Of a stretch of DNA of 64,000 nucleotides, positions 49,534-58,511 are shown piece after piece (within the stretch, counting starts at the first letter, position 1; the number at the start of each line of letters is the position of its first letter). The position numbers and the translations under genes are program-made. The DNA lies in NCBI GenBank assembly GCA_963768055.1, contig CAVYGN010000001.1, positions 352,001 through 416,000 on the forward strand, in the 5' to 3' direction. The DNA is from an uncultured Spirochaetota bacterium (GTDB lineage: Bacteria; Spirochaetota; Brevinematia; Brevinematales; JAOACQ01). Below the pieces are notes generated by a model, which did not search any database, was not told the origin of the DNA, and saw nothing but the letters and a program-made list of their open reading frames with translations.

Positions 49534-49630
49534 TGGTTATTTAAATTTGATAAATTTGTGAAAAATAATTATAATTCACCGATAAATTAATATGAAATGA
49601 TAGGATCGGAAAAATCAGCGAGGAGGGCAA

Positions 49631-50755
49631 ATGAAGTTCACCGTAAATAAGGAAGAATTTATACGTAATTTAGGCATTGCCGATTCCATCATAAATATCA
49701 AAACGCCGCTGGCGATGCTGCTTAACGTGTATATTGAGGCCCAGAGCGACGGAACGATTATGCTCCTTTCTTATAATGGAGAAAACGGAGTAAAGGTTGA
49801 AGCAAGCGGGACCGTGGAAGAGGGGGGGAAGATATCTCTCCTCTCGAAAAAACTCCTTGAGGCGGTTAAAAAGCTTCCCGGCGAAAGGATTTCTTTTAAA
49901 ACGAAAACCGACAACGAACATGAAATCATTCTCCATTCCGAAGCCTCGGAGAACCCGATATTCAATATCAACGGAGTATCCGGGGACGCTTATCCTATTT
50001 TCTACGAATTCAACTGGGAGACATATATTAAAACAGCCCAGGAAACCCTTCTCGATCAGATAACTTCCACGGAATTTTCAATTTCGACCGATTTCGCGAA
50101 ACCCGCTTTTACAGGCACGTATATTGAAGAATCCGTTGACGGATATATATCTTTCGTTACCAGCGACGGCAAAAGGCTTGCTGTTATTACAAGGGAGTAC
50201 GAAGAAAAGAAGGGCGAGGTTAAACTCGGCGTTATAGTTCCCCAGAGGATATTCAAAACCCTCCAGCCGATACTGACCACCGGCGATGTTCTTTTTTCTG
50301 TGCATAATAACCAGGCTTTTTTCAAGATCGGGCAGGTCTATGTCTTTTCCAACCTGGTCGACGGCAAATTCCCGAATTATAAAGACGTGATCCCGGCCGA
50401 AAGGGTAAATATTGCTACTATCGACAGCGCGGATTTTCTGCAGGCCATAGACGTCGTATCGGTTATGAGCGACCCTGAAACAGGCAAGACCAAGTTCGAG
50501 CTTTCGGAGAATAAATTAACGATTATAACCACACATCCCATTTACGGCATCGCTAAAGAGGAAATGGAAATCGATTACAAGGGCACCCCGATAACGATAA
50601 TGTGCAATTACAAGGCAATCGTCGATTTCCTCAAGGTTACCCAGGGAAAGAGGATCGAGTTCGTAATAAATTCACAGGGAAGCCCGATGCTCTTCAAGAC
50701 CATCGGCGATGAAAATTACATCTACATATCGATGCCGCTGAAGCTCTACGAATAG
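49631..50755 (+). CDS. dnaN: DNA polymerase III beta sliding clamp
   Basis: 374 aa; MKFTVNKE, VTSDGKRLA, LVDGKFPNY..VIP and C-terminal Y.YISMP; RBS GAGGAGG. Confidence 0.92.
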   Translation: MKFTVNKEEFIRNLGIADSIINIKTPLAMLLNVYIEAQSDGTIMLLSYNGENGVKVEASGTVEEGGKISLLSKKLLEAVKKLPGERISFKTKTDNEHEIILHSEASENPIFNINGVSGDAYPIFYEFNWETYIKTAQETLLDQITSTEFSISTDFAKPAFTGTYIEESVDGYISFVTSDGKRLAVITREYEEKKGEVKLGVIVPQRIFKTLQPILTTGDVLFSVHNNQAFFKIGQVYVFSNLVDGKFPNYKDVIPAERVNIATIDSADFLQAIDVVSVMSDPETGKTKFELSENKLTIITTHPIYGIAKEEMEIDYKGTPITIMCNYKAIVDFLKVTQGKRIEFVINSQGSPMLFKTIGDENYIYISMPLKLYE

Positions 50756-50770
50756 CGTCGAATCGATCAA

Positions 50771-51016
50771 TATACAGATCTCTTCTTGAAGTAAATTTTT
50801 TCCGCGTAGTATTCGACAGCTTGAGTCGCTAAGGCTCAAAACATCAGCAAACGCTGATTGAATTCTTTTTTAATAAAAGAATTTTTCATTATCTGCAATA
50901 ATCGATTAAATTAAATAAACAGTCTTGGAAAGCGCCTGCTATGCTGTTTTTCGCCTTGCGTCTCTACACTGTCTCATAAGGCCGCGGAAAAAATTTACTT
51001 CAAATTGAGTCTTATA
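50771..51016. mobile_element. MITE-like element with long imperfect terminal inverted repeats
   Basis: Perfect 21-bp IR TTGAAGTAAATTTTTTCCGCG (50786-50806 / 50983-51003), extending imperfectly to about 80 bp per arm; TATA at both outer edges; AT-rich centre. Confidence 0.65.
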
Positions 51017-51060
51017 GTGTCTTAAATTCGTTGAGAAAGGATTGGGATTTCATATCGCCG

Positions 51061-51088
51061 TTTTTCGCCGGTTGAATCCGGCGGGAAA
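51061..51088. terminator. Hairpin between convergent genes, likely terminator
   Basis: TTTTT-CGCCGG-TTGAAT-CCGGCG-GGAAA. Confidence 0.5.
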
Positions 51089-51093
51089 GGATT

Positions 51094-51942
51094 TTAGTCG
51101 AACTGGTAATAGACATGCTGGCGGCCCAGGCCTATAAAGCCGTAATCCTTCACCCTTTCCTCGTAAGTTTCCCAGTTGTCCCCGTAATGGGTGAGGACTG
51201 TTTTCGCCTTTATCTCCGGGGGCAGGCCGTTGAGTTCGTCGAGAGACGCATGGACCCCGCCGGTAAAGAGCTGGCAGTCATGAAATATGTTTTCAAGCTT
51301 GAAAAGCTTGTCGTAAGAGACTATCAGTTCGTCGTCGTACCTGGTATCGCTTGTGAACATAACCCTGTCGTCTATAATCAAACCGCAGCTCCAGAATGAA
51401 GTTTCCCAGCTTTTTGAAGTATCCGGAATATGTTTGGTCCGGAACATTTTTATATTAATGGAACCGATACTTGTTTCGAACGTTTCCCTTGGATAATTCT
51501 TCAGCCATTCCGGGCGGATAACTTTCCAGAAATCCCCGAAGTCGAGGACGAAACCTTTTTTTTCTTCATTAAAGGCGCATCCCCCCCTGAGCGACATGTT
51601 CCAGAGGATATGCTGGTAATTTTCAGTTATGACCATCACGGGTTTCCTTTTTGCGAAGTATTTCCCCATCAGGGCCGCTTCTTCAAGTCCTCCTATGTGG
51701 TCGGCATGGGAATGGGTTATAAGATAATTATCGATGTCCGTCATATTAATACCCATTTCGAAAAGGGCCTGCGAACATTTTGTGCCGCAATCGACAAGGA
51801 GATGGTCGTCGCCTTTAACGATCAGAAGGTTGGTTTGATATAACCTCTTTGTGAAAGCGCTTCCTATCCCTATAAAAAAAAGGGACAGCTTTCCGCTGTT
51901 TTTCAGGGACAGCTTCGAGCCCTTCATTTCCAGAATTTTCAT
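51094..51942 (-). CDS. MBL-fold metallo-hydrolase
   Basis: G.GSAF, LVDCG, THSHADHIGGLE, FTSDT, HAS..EL and HYGD motifs. Confidence 0.88.
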   Translation of the reverse strand: MKILEMKGSKLSLKNSGKLSLFFIGIGSAFTKRLYQTNLLIVKGDDHLLVDCGTKCSQALFEMGINMTDIDNYLITHSHADHIGGLEEAALMGKYFAKRKPVMVITENYQHILWNMSLRGGCAFNEEKKGFVLDFGDFWKVIRPEWLKNYPRETFETSIGSINIKMFRTKHIPDTSKSWETSFWSCGLIIDDRVMFTSDTRYDDELIVSYDKLFKLENIFHDCQLFTGGVHASLDELNGLPPEIKAKTVLTHYGDNWETYEERVKDYGFIGLGRQHVYYQFD

Positions 51943-52033
51943 CGGCCCCCCTAACAATATTCCACTATATATTGTTATCGACTGTAATTAGTTAATCTTT
52001 AGTGAAATTTAAAACACAAGTTGAAATCAAAAA

Positions 52034-52083
52034 CCGGCACCGGTGCCGGAGAAATTGACAAAGAAGGGTGCCCGGTGTATGAT
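52034..52083 (+). promoter_or_regulatory. Promoter for thiG-tlyA with an upstream perfect 16-bp palindrome
   Basis: CCGGCACCGGTGCCGG (52034-52049); TTGACA (52055), N17, TATGAT (52078-52083); ATG follows after 5 nt. Confidence 0.6.
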
Positions 52084-52088
52084 TAATT

Positions 52089-52880
52089 ATGGTCAATGGA
52101 AACAAAAATCAAAGCGGCGATACGTTCGAAATCGGAGGCAAAGCTTTTACAAACAGGCTTTTTATCGGGACCGGCAAACTCTCTTCTTCTGAACTGATAC
52201 CCCGGATCCTGGAGGCCTCGGGAAGCGAAATGATAACCGTGGCCTTGCGGAGGGTCGATTTCGACGCCGGGAAAAACAATATTTTATCCTTCATCCCCGG
52301 GAACGTCACTCTCCTTCCCAATACGTCGGGGGCAAGGAATGCGGAAGAAGCCGTGAGGATAGCCCGGATAGCAAGGGAGCTCGGCTGCGGTAATTTTATA
52401 AAAGTCGAAGTAATTCATGAAATGACATACCTTATGCCGGACAACGAAGAGACCGTGAGAGCCACCGAAACCCTCGCCAGAGAAGGATTCATAGTCCTTC
52501 CCTACGTTCAGCCGGACCTTGTAATAGCGAGAAAACTTTATGACGCAGGAGCGGCCGCGGTCATGCCCCTCGGTTCTCCTATAGGCTCGAACAGGGGCCT
52601 CTTGGCCAGGGACTTCCTCGAAATGATTATTGAGAATTCGATGCTCCCCGTCATCGTGGACGCAGGAATAGGCAGGCCTTCCCACGCGGCGGAAGCAATG
52701 GAAATGGGCGCCGACGCTGTCCTTATAAATACCGCGATAGCTACCGCCCCGGATCCTGTCGCCATAAGCGGGGCGTTTTCTCTTGCCGTCAGGGCCGGAA
52801 GGATCTCCTACCTGTCGGGATACGCGGAAGAGAGCAGAACAGGGTCCGCCAGTTCCCCGCTGACAGGTTTCCTCGGGTGA
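52089..52880 (+). CDS. thiG: Thiazole synthase
   Basis: RLFIGTGK, TVALRR, LLPNTSGA, IKVEVI, VMPLGSPIGS, VDAGIG.PS and ASSP motifs. Confidence 0.96.
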   Translation: MVNGNKNQSGDTFEIGGKAFTNRLFIGTGKLSSSELIPRILEASGSEMITVALRRVDFDAGKNNILSFIPGNVTLLPNTSGARNAEEAVRIARIARELGCGNFIKVEVIHEMTYLMPDNEETVRATETLAREGFIVLPYVQPDLVIARKLYDAGAAAVMPLGSPIGSNRGLLARDFLEMIIENSMLPVIVDAGIGRPSHAAEAMEMGADAVLINTAIATAPDPVAISGAFSLAVRAGRISYLSGYAEESRTGSASSPLTGFLG

Positions 52881-53626
52881 ATAAAGTTCCTAAAGAAAGG
52901 CTCGATCTGCTTCTTGTTTCAAGGGGCTTCTGCGAAACCAGACAGAAGGCGAAGGCCCTTATCCTTGCAGGCGAAGTCGCTGTCAACGGGTCCGTCGTTA
53001 CCAAGAGCGGCATGTCTCTGCCGGCAGATTCCGAAATAACCGTAAAAAAAAAGTTCCCGTATGTAGGCAGGGGGGCGCTTAAACTCATCTCCGCACTCGA
53101 CTATTTCAAGATCGACCCGGATAAGAAAATTGCCATCGATATCGGCTCTTCGACAGGAGGCTTCACCCAGGTCCTTCTCGAAAGGGGGGCAATGCTGGTC
53201 TATGCGGTGGATTCGGGGACCAACCAGCTCGACTGGAGGATCAGGAACGACCCCCGGGTAGTAGTGATGGAAAACACCAATGCCAGGAATATCACTCCGG
53301 ACATGTTCGGGGAAAAGCCGGAAATCGGCGTCATAGACGTTTCGTTTATATCAATTACAAAAATCCTTCCCGCATTGCAGGCCGTTATGACAGGGGACTA
53401 TTCCATAATTGCATTGATAAAGCCCCAGTTCGAACTGGAAAAGAAAAAAATAGGCAAAAGGGGCCTGGCCGGCGAAAAGTTCAGGGAAGAGGCCGTCAAA
53501 AGGGTCCTCGATTTCGCGAAGGGCCTGGGCCTTGAAGCGGGGGAGGCGATCGAGTCGCCGATACGAGGCCTAAAGAGCGGGAACGTGGAGTATCTGGTGA
53601 GGTTCGGGAGGTCTTGCTTGCTGTAG
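52877..53626 (+). CDS. tlyA: TlyA family rRNA methyltransferase
   Basis: S4 domain (KERLD.LLV.RG), YV.RG.LKL, DIGSSTGGFT, DVSFIS, LIKPQFE and SPI.G..GN.EYL; GTG start overlapping the thiG stop. Confidence 0.95.
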   Translation: MNKVPKERLDLLLVSRGFCETRQKAKALILAGEVAVNGSVVTKSGMSLPADSEITVKKKFPYVGRGALKLISALDYFKIDPDKKIAIDIGSSTGGFTQVLLERGAMLVYAVDSGTNQLDWRIRNDPRVVVMENTNARNITPDMFGEKPEIGVIDVSFISITKILPALQAVMTGDYSIIALIKPQFELEKKKIGKRGLAGEKFREEAVKRVLDFAKGLGLEAGEAIESPIRGLKSGNVEYLVRFGRSCLL

Positions 53627-53687
53627 ATAGATAAAAAAGTTGCGTAATGGAAAATAAACATGGGTAATGGAAAAAAAGTTGCGTAAT
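53622..53687 (+). mobile_element. Tn7-like/TnsB-type transposon end (TGT plus three contiguous ~20-bp sites)
   Basis: TGTAGATAG ATAAAAAAGTTGCGTAATGG AAAATAAACATGGGTAATGG AAAAAAAGTTGCGTAAT; 24 bp of it recur perfectly inverted at 58426-58449. Confidence 0.6.
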
Positions 53688-53849
53688 TTCAAGCTGTGAT
53701 AAAGTTATTTTAAACAAAGCAATAACTCCTGATCTCTAATAAGCCAATTATATTTAATCGTCAATTTCCCGAGTACAAATCATCTTGTTGAGGTCATTCC
53801 CGCCATCCAGTTAATTCGAACTCGCTGTTGTACGCTGCCAGGCCGAAAA

Positions 53850-54734
53850 TCAGTTTAAAATTATGCTTTGTCTAAACATATCTTCAATATTCACATTTGG
53901 GTGGTGGTAATCCTTCCCCTCAAATTTACTCCAATGATGAATCGCCTTTGCCGGACACCACTCGTCACAGGCAAGGCACATCTCACAATGGTGCTGCCAA
54001 ACAGGCTTATTTTCAATTATTTTTATATTTTGGACAGGACAAACCTTAGCGCAAGTCCCACAACCATTACATTTATCATTAACATAAATACTTTTATCAG
54101 TCAATGGTATTAATTCATGAAAGCTAAGATTTGAATCTTCCGGTACTTTTGCAGTCTTCTTGAGGGATTTTTCAATATATTTATGCATTATAGAATACAT
54201 TGGGGCCAAAAGTACGTTAAATAGTGATTTTATAATTTTATATTTGGTATTTTTTCTTTTGATAATTCGCTGGCAAATATCCTCTATTTTTTTATGACTA
54301 TTTTTAAATATTATTTCATGATTTCTCTCAACAGGAACAGGAATATGATCATAATCTAAGTTGTTCAAAGGAAGTCTGACTGAAAATTCTCCAGAAAGTT
54401 TACCGCCCATTGACTGAATTAATTTAGATAAGTTTTTTAGAGCCGGAAGGGCGTTAACAGGACCATAACATCCATAAGTGCATACTGCAAAAATGTTTTT
54501 TAACTCTATGTTATCTAATTTTTTGATAAATTTCTCTACTATTAATGGTATACCATAGAGTTGGGAAAGATAACATGGAAATACAATCCCAACAATATCA
54601 GCTTCAGTTTTTATAATTTGTTTATTAATAATCGACGGAATGGATATCAAAGTCCCCTTTATTTTATCAGCTATATCCCTTGCCACAGCCAATGAATTGC
54701 CAGTTCCGGTAAAATAGTAAACTTCTCTATTCAT
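53850..54734 (-). CDS. EFR1-family ferredoxin (flavodoxin + 4Fe-4S domains)
   Basis: YYFTGTGNSL, CNGCGTCAKVCP and CEMCLACDEWCP motifs. Confidence 0.9.
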   Translation of the reverse strand: MNREVYYFTGTGNSLAVARDIADKIKGTLISIPSIINKQIIKTEADIVGIVFPCYLSQLYGIPLIVEKFIKKLDNIELKNIFAVCTYGCYGPVNALPALKNLSKLIQSMGGKLSGEFSVRLPLNNLDYDHIPVPVERNHEIIFKNSHKKIEDICQRIIKRKNTKYKIIKSLFNVLLAPMYSIMHKYIEKSLKKTAKVPEDSNLSFHELIPLTDKSIYVNDKCNGCGTCAKVCPVQNIKIIENKPVWQHHCEMCLACDEWCPAKAIHHWSKFEGKDYHHPNVNIEDMFRQSIILN

Positions 54735-54869
54735 AAAATAATTTTCCCATACTTTTTATTCTTCACAGAATTATAAATTATCAAACCATATTTGACAATA
54801 GGTATTATCATTAATCCCTAATTTGCCTTTTTACTAGGGAATCTGGGTGGCCCCGGACAACCGAACAAT

Positions 54870-55192
54870 TAACAAACAAAATAATTGATAGATTGTCGGA
54901 GCTTTTTGTTGAACGCGGAGCCCCGGAGTATATACGAAGCGATAATGGATCTGAATTTACGGCAAAGGCACTATGGAAATGGCTAAAAAGAGTCAATGTA
55001 AAAACATTGTATATTGAACCCGGGAGCCCATGGGAAAATGGGTATATTGAATCTTTTAATGGAAAATTAATGGATGAGTTTCTTAATGGAGAGCTGTTCG
55101 ATACCCTGCTTGAAGCAAAAGTATTGACCGGGAGATGGAGAAGGGAGTATAATCATGTACGGCCGCATAGTTCACTGGGTTATCGGCCGCCT
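54870..55192 (+). pseudogene. IS3-family transposase OrfB fragment
   Basis: RGAPEYIRSDNGSEF...IEPGSPWENGYIESFNG...W..EYN..RPHSSLGYRPP; N-terminus and true C-terminus missing. Confidence 0.88.
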
Positions 55193-55819
55193 TTTCCTTG
55201 CCGCCATGATCAGATAGGCTCTTTCGATATTTTCTCTCTCGTGAATTTCATAATGAATATCTTTAAAATTTGACGCCGATAATTTCCCGACGACTTCATC
55301 TAATGTGTATTTATTAAATATTTCATCGTCCACGTTGCTGAGATTATCCAGTGTCGAGGGGCTGGCCATATATAAATATAATAGCCCGCCGTCTTTTAAT
55401 AAACCGTATATTTTGCTAAAATATGTTCCAAGGTCATTCCAGAAATAGAGGACATTGATCCCGATTATTTTGCTGAAGCACTTTTGGGAATTATCAGAAT
55501 TATATGTCAATAAATCGTCATGCGACAGAAAGACAGTTCCCGCGCCGATATGGTCTTTATTTTTCCTTAAGGCTTTTTTATACATGACCTTCGAGAAATC
55601 GATCCCGGAAACCGTTATATTTTGATCCCGCCCGGCCAGGATATTTATCCCCGTTCCGGCGCCGTAGCCGATCTCCAGGACATGATCACCGTCTACGGTT
55701 TTAACGCGGGGCATGATCCACTGGTACAGCTTCGCGTTTTTCCTCTCCATCCTTCCGGATATTATTTTACCTAATAAACCCGAGGGTTTTCTATACTGTT
55801 TTGCGATCAATTTTGACAC
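55172..55819 (-). CDS. Class I SAM-dependent methyltransferase
   Basis: Q.RKPSG.LG, VLEIGYGAG, GIDFS and NVLYFW motifs; GTG start; last codons come from the antisense IS3 remnant. Confidence 0.85.
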   Translation of the reverse strand: MSKLIAKQYRKPSGLLGKIISGRMERKNAKLYQWIMPRVKTVDGDHVLEIGYGAGTGINILAGRDQNITVSGIDFSKVMYKKALRKNKDHIGAGTVFLSHDDLLTYNSDNSQKCFSKIIGINVLYFWNDLGTYFSKIYGLLKDGGLLYLYMASPSTLDNLSNVDDEIFNKYTLDEVVGKLSASNFKDIHYEIHERENIERAYLIMAARKRRPITQ

Positions 55820-55957
55820 GATTTCCTCTGTTTTGTATTAAAATTATCCGGCGATATTCTATAATGTTTTTGTTCCTGGTTAATAATATTAATTCGAAAT
55901 TTCCAAAATGCCTCAACATTTTTGCCAATCTCGAAAACACCTTCATCCCAGTAATAA

Positions 55958-55986
55958 ATTATAACAAGACCAAAACATCATGTCAA
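55958..55986 (-). promoter_or_regulatory. Consensus sigma70 promoter
   Basis: Minus strand TTGACA (55986-55981), N17, TATAAT (55963-55958). Confidence 0.65.
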
Positions 55987-56134
55987 ATCAGTTTTTGATT
56001 GTCGGCTCAACACAAACCTTCTCAAATGGGGCTTCCCCTTTATCGGCTTTGATAAAATATTTAAGACAAGATTTAACCAGCCTGGTGGAAGATAGAAGAT
56101 CTTGTTTCGAAAATTAATAACCTTGGGATCGAGA

Positions 56135-57292
56135 TCAGGGAAAAGCATAACCCGGATAGGTTGACCGGTTTGTCATTAAGTCTCTCACAAATTTCCCTGA
56201 CCGGGTTAAATCCGCCTCTCCCCAGCCGCCGTCAGTTTTAGTCCCATTAATTAAAAAAGATGTCGTTTCCCAGGGCACGTCTGAAAGAGAATAGTTGCAC
56301 CAGCTGATATTTTTACTGTTCAGGAAATTTATCCAGAGCCTGGCATTATTTAAATCAAGCGGTGTTGAAGGATTTAATCCTGAAATACAGGCTCCCCATT
56401 CCGTACAGAAAATGGCAATATTGGTTAACGCCGATGAAATACGGTTTGTCATCGAGAGAGGTTCTCCTGTATAAAAATGGGAAGTATACATAATATTTTC
56501 ATATTTCAGCGGATTGGCGGATGCATGGTGCTGGTCGATGCTCCAAAACTCGGTTCCGACAATTATAAGCGCATTGGAATCCCCCGCGCGGATTGCGGGT
56601 ATAATATACTCGGCATAAGGTTTTATACTGCTGTTCCACTTAACATGATTAGGCTCATTGCAGATCTCATAAATAACTTGTTTTTTCGCCCCATACAGAA
56701 ATGCCATCCTTTTAAAGAAATCATAAGCATTGGTTTTATGCAGATTCGGATCGCCGTCAAATAGGATTTGCCAATCGATTATACAGTAAATTCCGCATTC
56801 TTCAGTTATCCTTACGGCATCCTTTATATAATTTTCAAGAGCCGGATTATCTAAATATCCGGGTTCAATGACAGAGCCCGTACCGCTGCCCCAGTGTCCG
56901 CCTGCCGGCCAGAGTGGAACTCTAAGCACATCCATTTTCCAATTTTTTGACAGATATGATATAGCTTTATAGTTTATGAATTTTGCTTCATAATTCAGGC
57001 CGCGGAGGTACAGCCCCCTGAGCTGTACGGGATTGCCATATTCGTCGCAAAGCTGTGTCCCTACAATTTTCAATTTGCCGTGCCTGGCAACAGGCGATCC
57101 TTCAGGGTAAATTCCCAGTACCCCGCTATTGGTAAAAGGGAGATATTCCTGCCGGACCTGTAAGCTTGTCGTGATAGTTTCATCAGGTTCGGTATAGAAT
57201 GGTTCTAAATCAATACAGGATGTTAAACAGGCAATAACTGCAAGCATACAAGAAAATAAAAGGCATTTAATTCGAGATTTCCCATTTAGCAT
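56135..57292 (-). CDS. Glycoside hydrolase family 5 endoglucanase (lipoprotein), paralog of 25727-26830
   Basis: YEICNEP and CTEWG catalytic motifs; lipobox CLTSC; long identical stretches with the first copy. Confidence 0.9.
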   Translation of the reverse strand: MLNGKSRIKCLLFSCMLAVIACLTSCIDLEPFYTEPDETITTSLQVRQEYLPFTNSGVLGIYPEGSPVARHGKLKIVGTQLCDEYGNPVQLRGLYLRGLNYEAKFINYKAISYLSKNWKMDVLRVPLWPAGGHWGSGTGSVIEPGYLDNPALENYIKDAVRITEECGIYCIIDWQILFDGDPNLHKTNAYDFFKRMAFLYGAKKQVIYEICNEPNHVKWNSSIKPYAEYIIPAIRAGDSNALIIVGTEFWSIDQHHASANPLKYENIMYTSHFYTGEPLSMTNRISSALTNIAIFCTEWGACISGLNPSTPLDLNNARLWINFLNSKNISWCNYSLSDVPWETTSFLINGTKTDGGWGEADLTRSGKFVRDLMTNRSTYPGYAFP

Positions 57293-57537
57293 ATTGAAAC
57301 TCCAAAAATCCGAGCCCTAATGCGTTATACCAATACTTTATAAACCTTATCAGGACATGTCAATATAAATTCCGTCTTTCACAAACTTAAATTGGGCTGA
57401 TAAGCAGCATCGCCTTGGAAGTAGCGATCCGGAATATGATCTCTATATCTTTCAACAATAGCCTTTATTCATTCTTTCATCAATAATTATATCATTGTGT
57501 AAATTGATATTCAAAGTTTCATCTGGGAAATCCCGTT

Positions 57538-58197
57538 TTATATTTGCTTCTTTTTTAAACTATCATGCGCCATAGCGGTAATCACTGTTAATATAATTAA
57601 ACCAAGCACAGTCAAACCGCTGGCGATTGATAGTGTTACAAAGACATCCGGGTCCGGGTTTGGTCCATTCAATCCGGAGAGATAACCATAAATGATAGGC
57701 ACAGGGACCATTAAAAGCTCCGCTGTAAAAAACCAGGGCCAAAGCAGAGCAAGAAATCCCCTGAAAACAGAAGGTGTTTTGTTCCATAACTTGAAGGATG
57801 ATTTTATTTTAAAACCGGCAATACCGCTTAGGATTAAGAACAAAATCGGCGCAAATCCTCCTCCAACAAGCAGGAGCAGAATCAACAGTAAATAAAGAAT
57901 GATACTGCCGAACTTTTTATGGATAAAAAAAGCGGACCAGGCCATGATGATTAGTCCTGTTATCACGGCCAGGATTCCTGTTATTAAATAGTTCGGAATG
58001 ATAGTCATCGCCGGTTCAACGCCAAAGGGGAAAGGCAACCCTTTGCCGGTATAGGCGTTGATAACTGTGGTGGTTATAGCGATATTGCCATGGAGGATTT
58101 CGCCAATCCCATGTTCCAACCCTAATATTCCGCCCAACACGCCGAAAGAAGACGCGGTGATCCTGGATGCGTTAATCCCTTTTTTGAAATCTAACAT
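57538..58197 (-). CDS. Hypothetical multi-pass membrane protein
   Basis: RBS AAGGAG; G..G.EHGIGEIL.GN, EPAMTIIPN.L.TG and LVGGGF.P motifs. Confidence 0.75.
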   Translation of the reverse strand: MLDFKKGINASRITASSFGVLGGILGLEHGIGEILHGNIAITTTVINAYTGKGLPFPFGVEPAMTIIPNYLITGILAVITGLIIMAWSAFFIHKKFGSIILYLLLILLLLVGGGFAPILFLILSGIAGFKIKSSFKLWNKTPSVFRGFLALLWPWFFTAELLMVPVPIIYGYLSGLNGPNPDPDVFVTLSIASGLTVLGLIILTVITAMAHDSLKKKQI

Positions 58198-58425
58198 TAT
58201 AATACTCCTTTTCAACAACAATTGTTAAAATTATAATAAATTTCTTTGTTGATAAAAAATCACTCCAAATTCTTACTGTTTACTATATCTTACTTTTGAA
58301 TTTATTATTAATCAATAGGTATTTTATCCTATTTAAATTTATTAGAAACGCCAAGGAAGGCGGGCATCATTTTATAAATAAACTTCGGCACGGCTTTTGT
58401 ATAGATTTTTATCTATGATAAAATT

Positions 58426-58449
58426 TTTTCCATTACGCAACTTTTTTAT
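58426..58449 (-). repeat. Inverted copy of the transposon-end site
   Basis: Reverse complement is ATAAAAAAGTTGCGTAATGGAAAA, identical to 53631-53654. Confidence 0.85.
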
Positions 58450-58466
58450 TCACTTATTTATATATA

Positions 58467-58483
58467 GGGCGGTTCCAAAAACC
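58467..58483 (+). repeat. IS5-like TIR copy (GGGCGGTTCCAAAAACC)
   Basis: 16/17 identical to the reverse complement of 37631-37647; preceded by TA. Confidence 0.6.
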
Positions 58484-58511
58484 AACTTTAATTTTCGTTT
58501 GATTTATTGTT

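Noticed and set aside
53633..53687. Mini-CRISPR or plasmid iterons
   Set aside because: Units are contiguous with no spacers and no rep gene nearby; a TGT-led transposon end explains them better.
53822..53838. Integron attC site after the EFR1 gene (CAGCGTACAACAGC on the minus strand)
   Set aside because: At most a half site; I found no complementary R' box, no second cassette site and no integron integrase.
55820..55955. Riboswitch in the long leader of the methyltransferase gene
   Set aside because: No SAM, TPP or cobalamin consensus and no terminator recognisable by eye; an Rfam scan would be needed.
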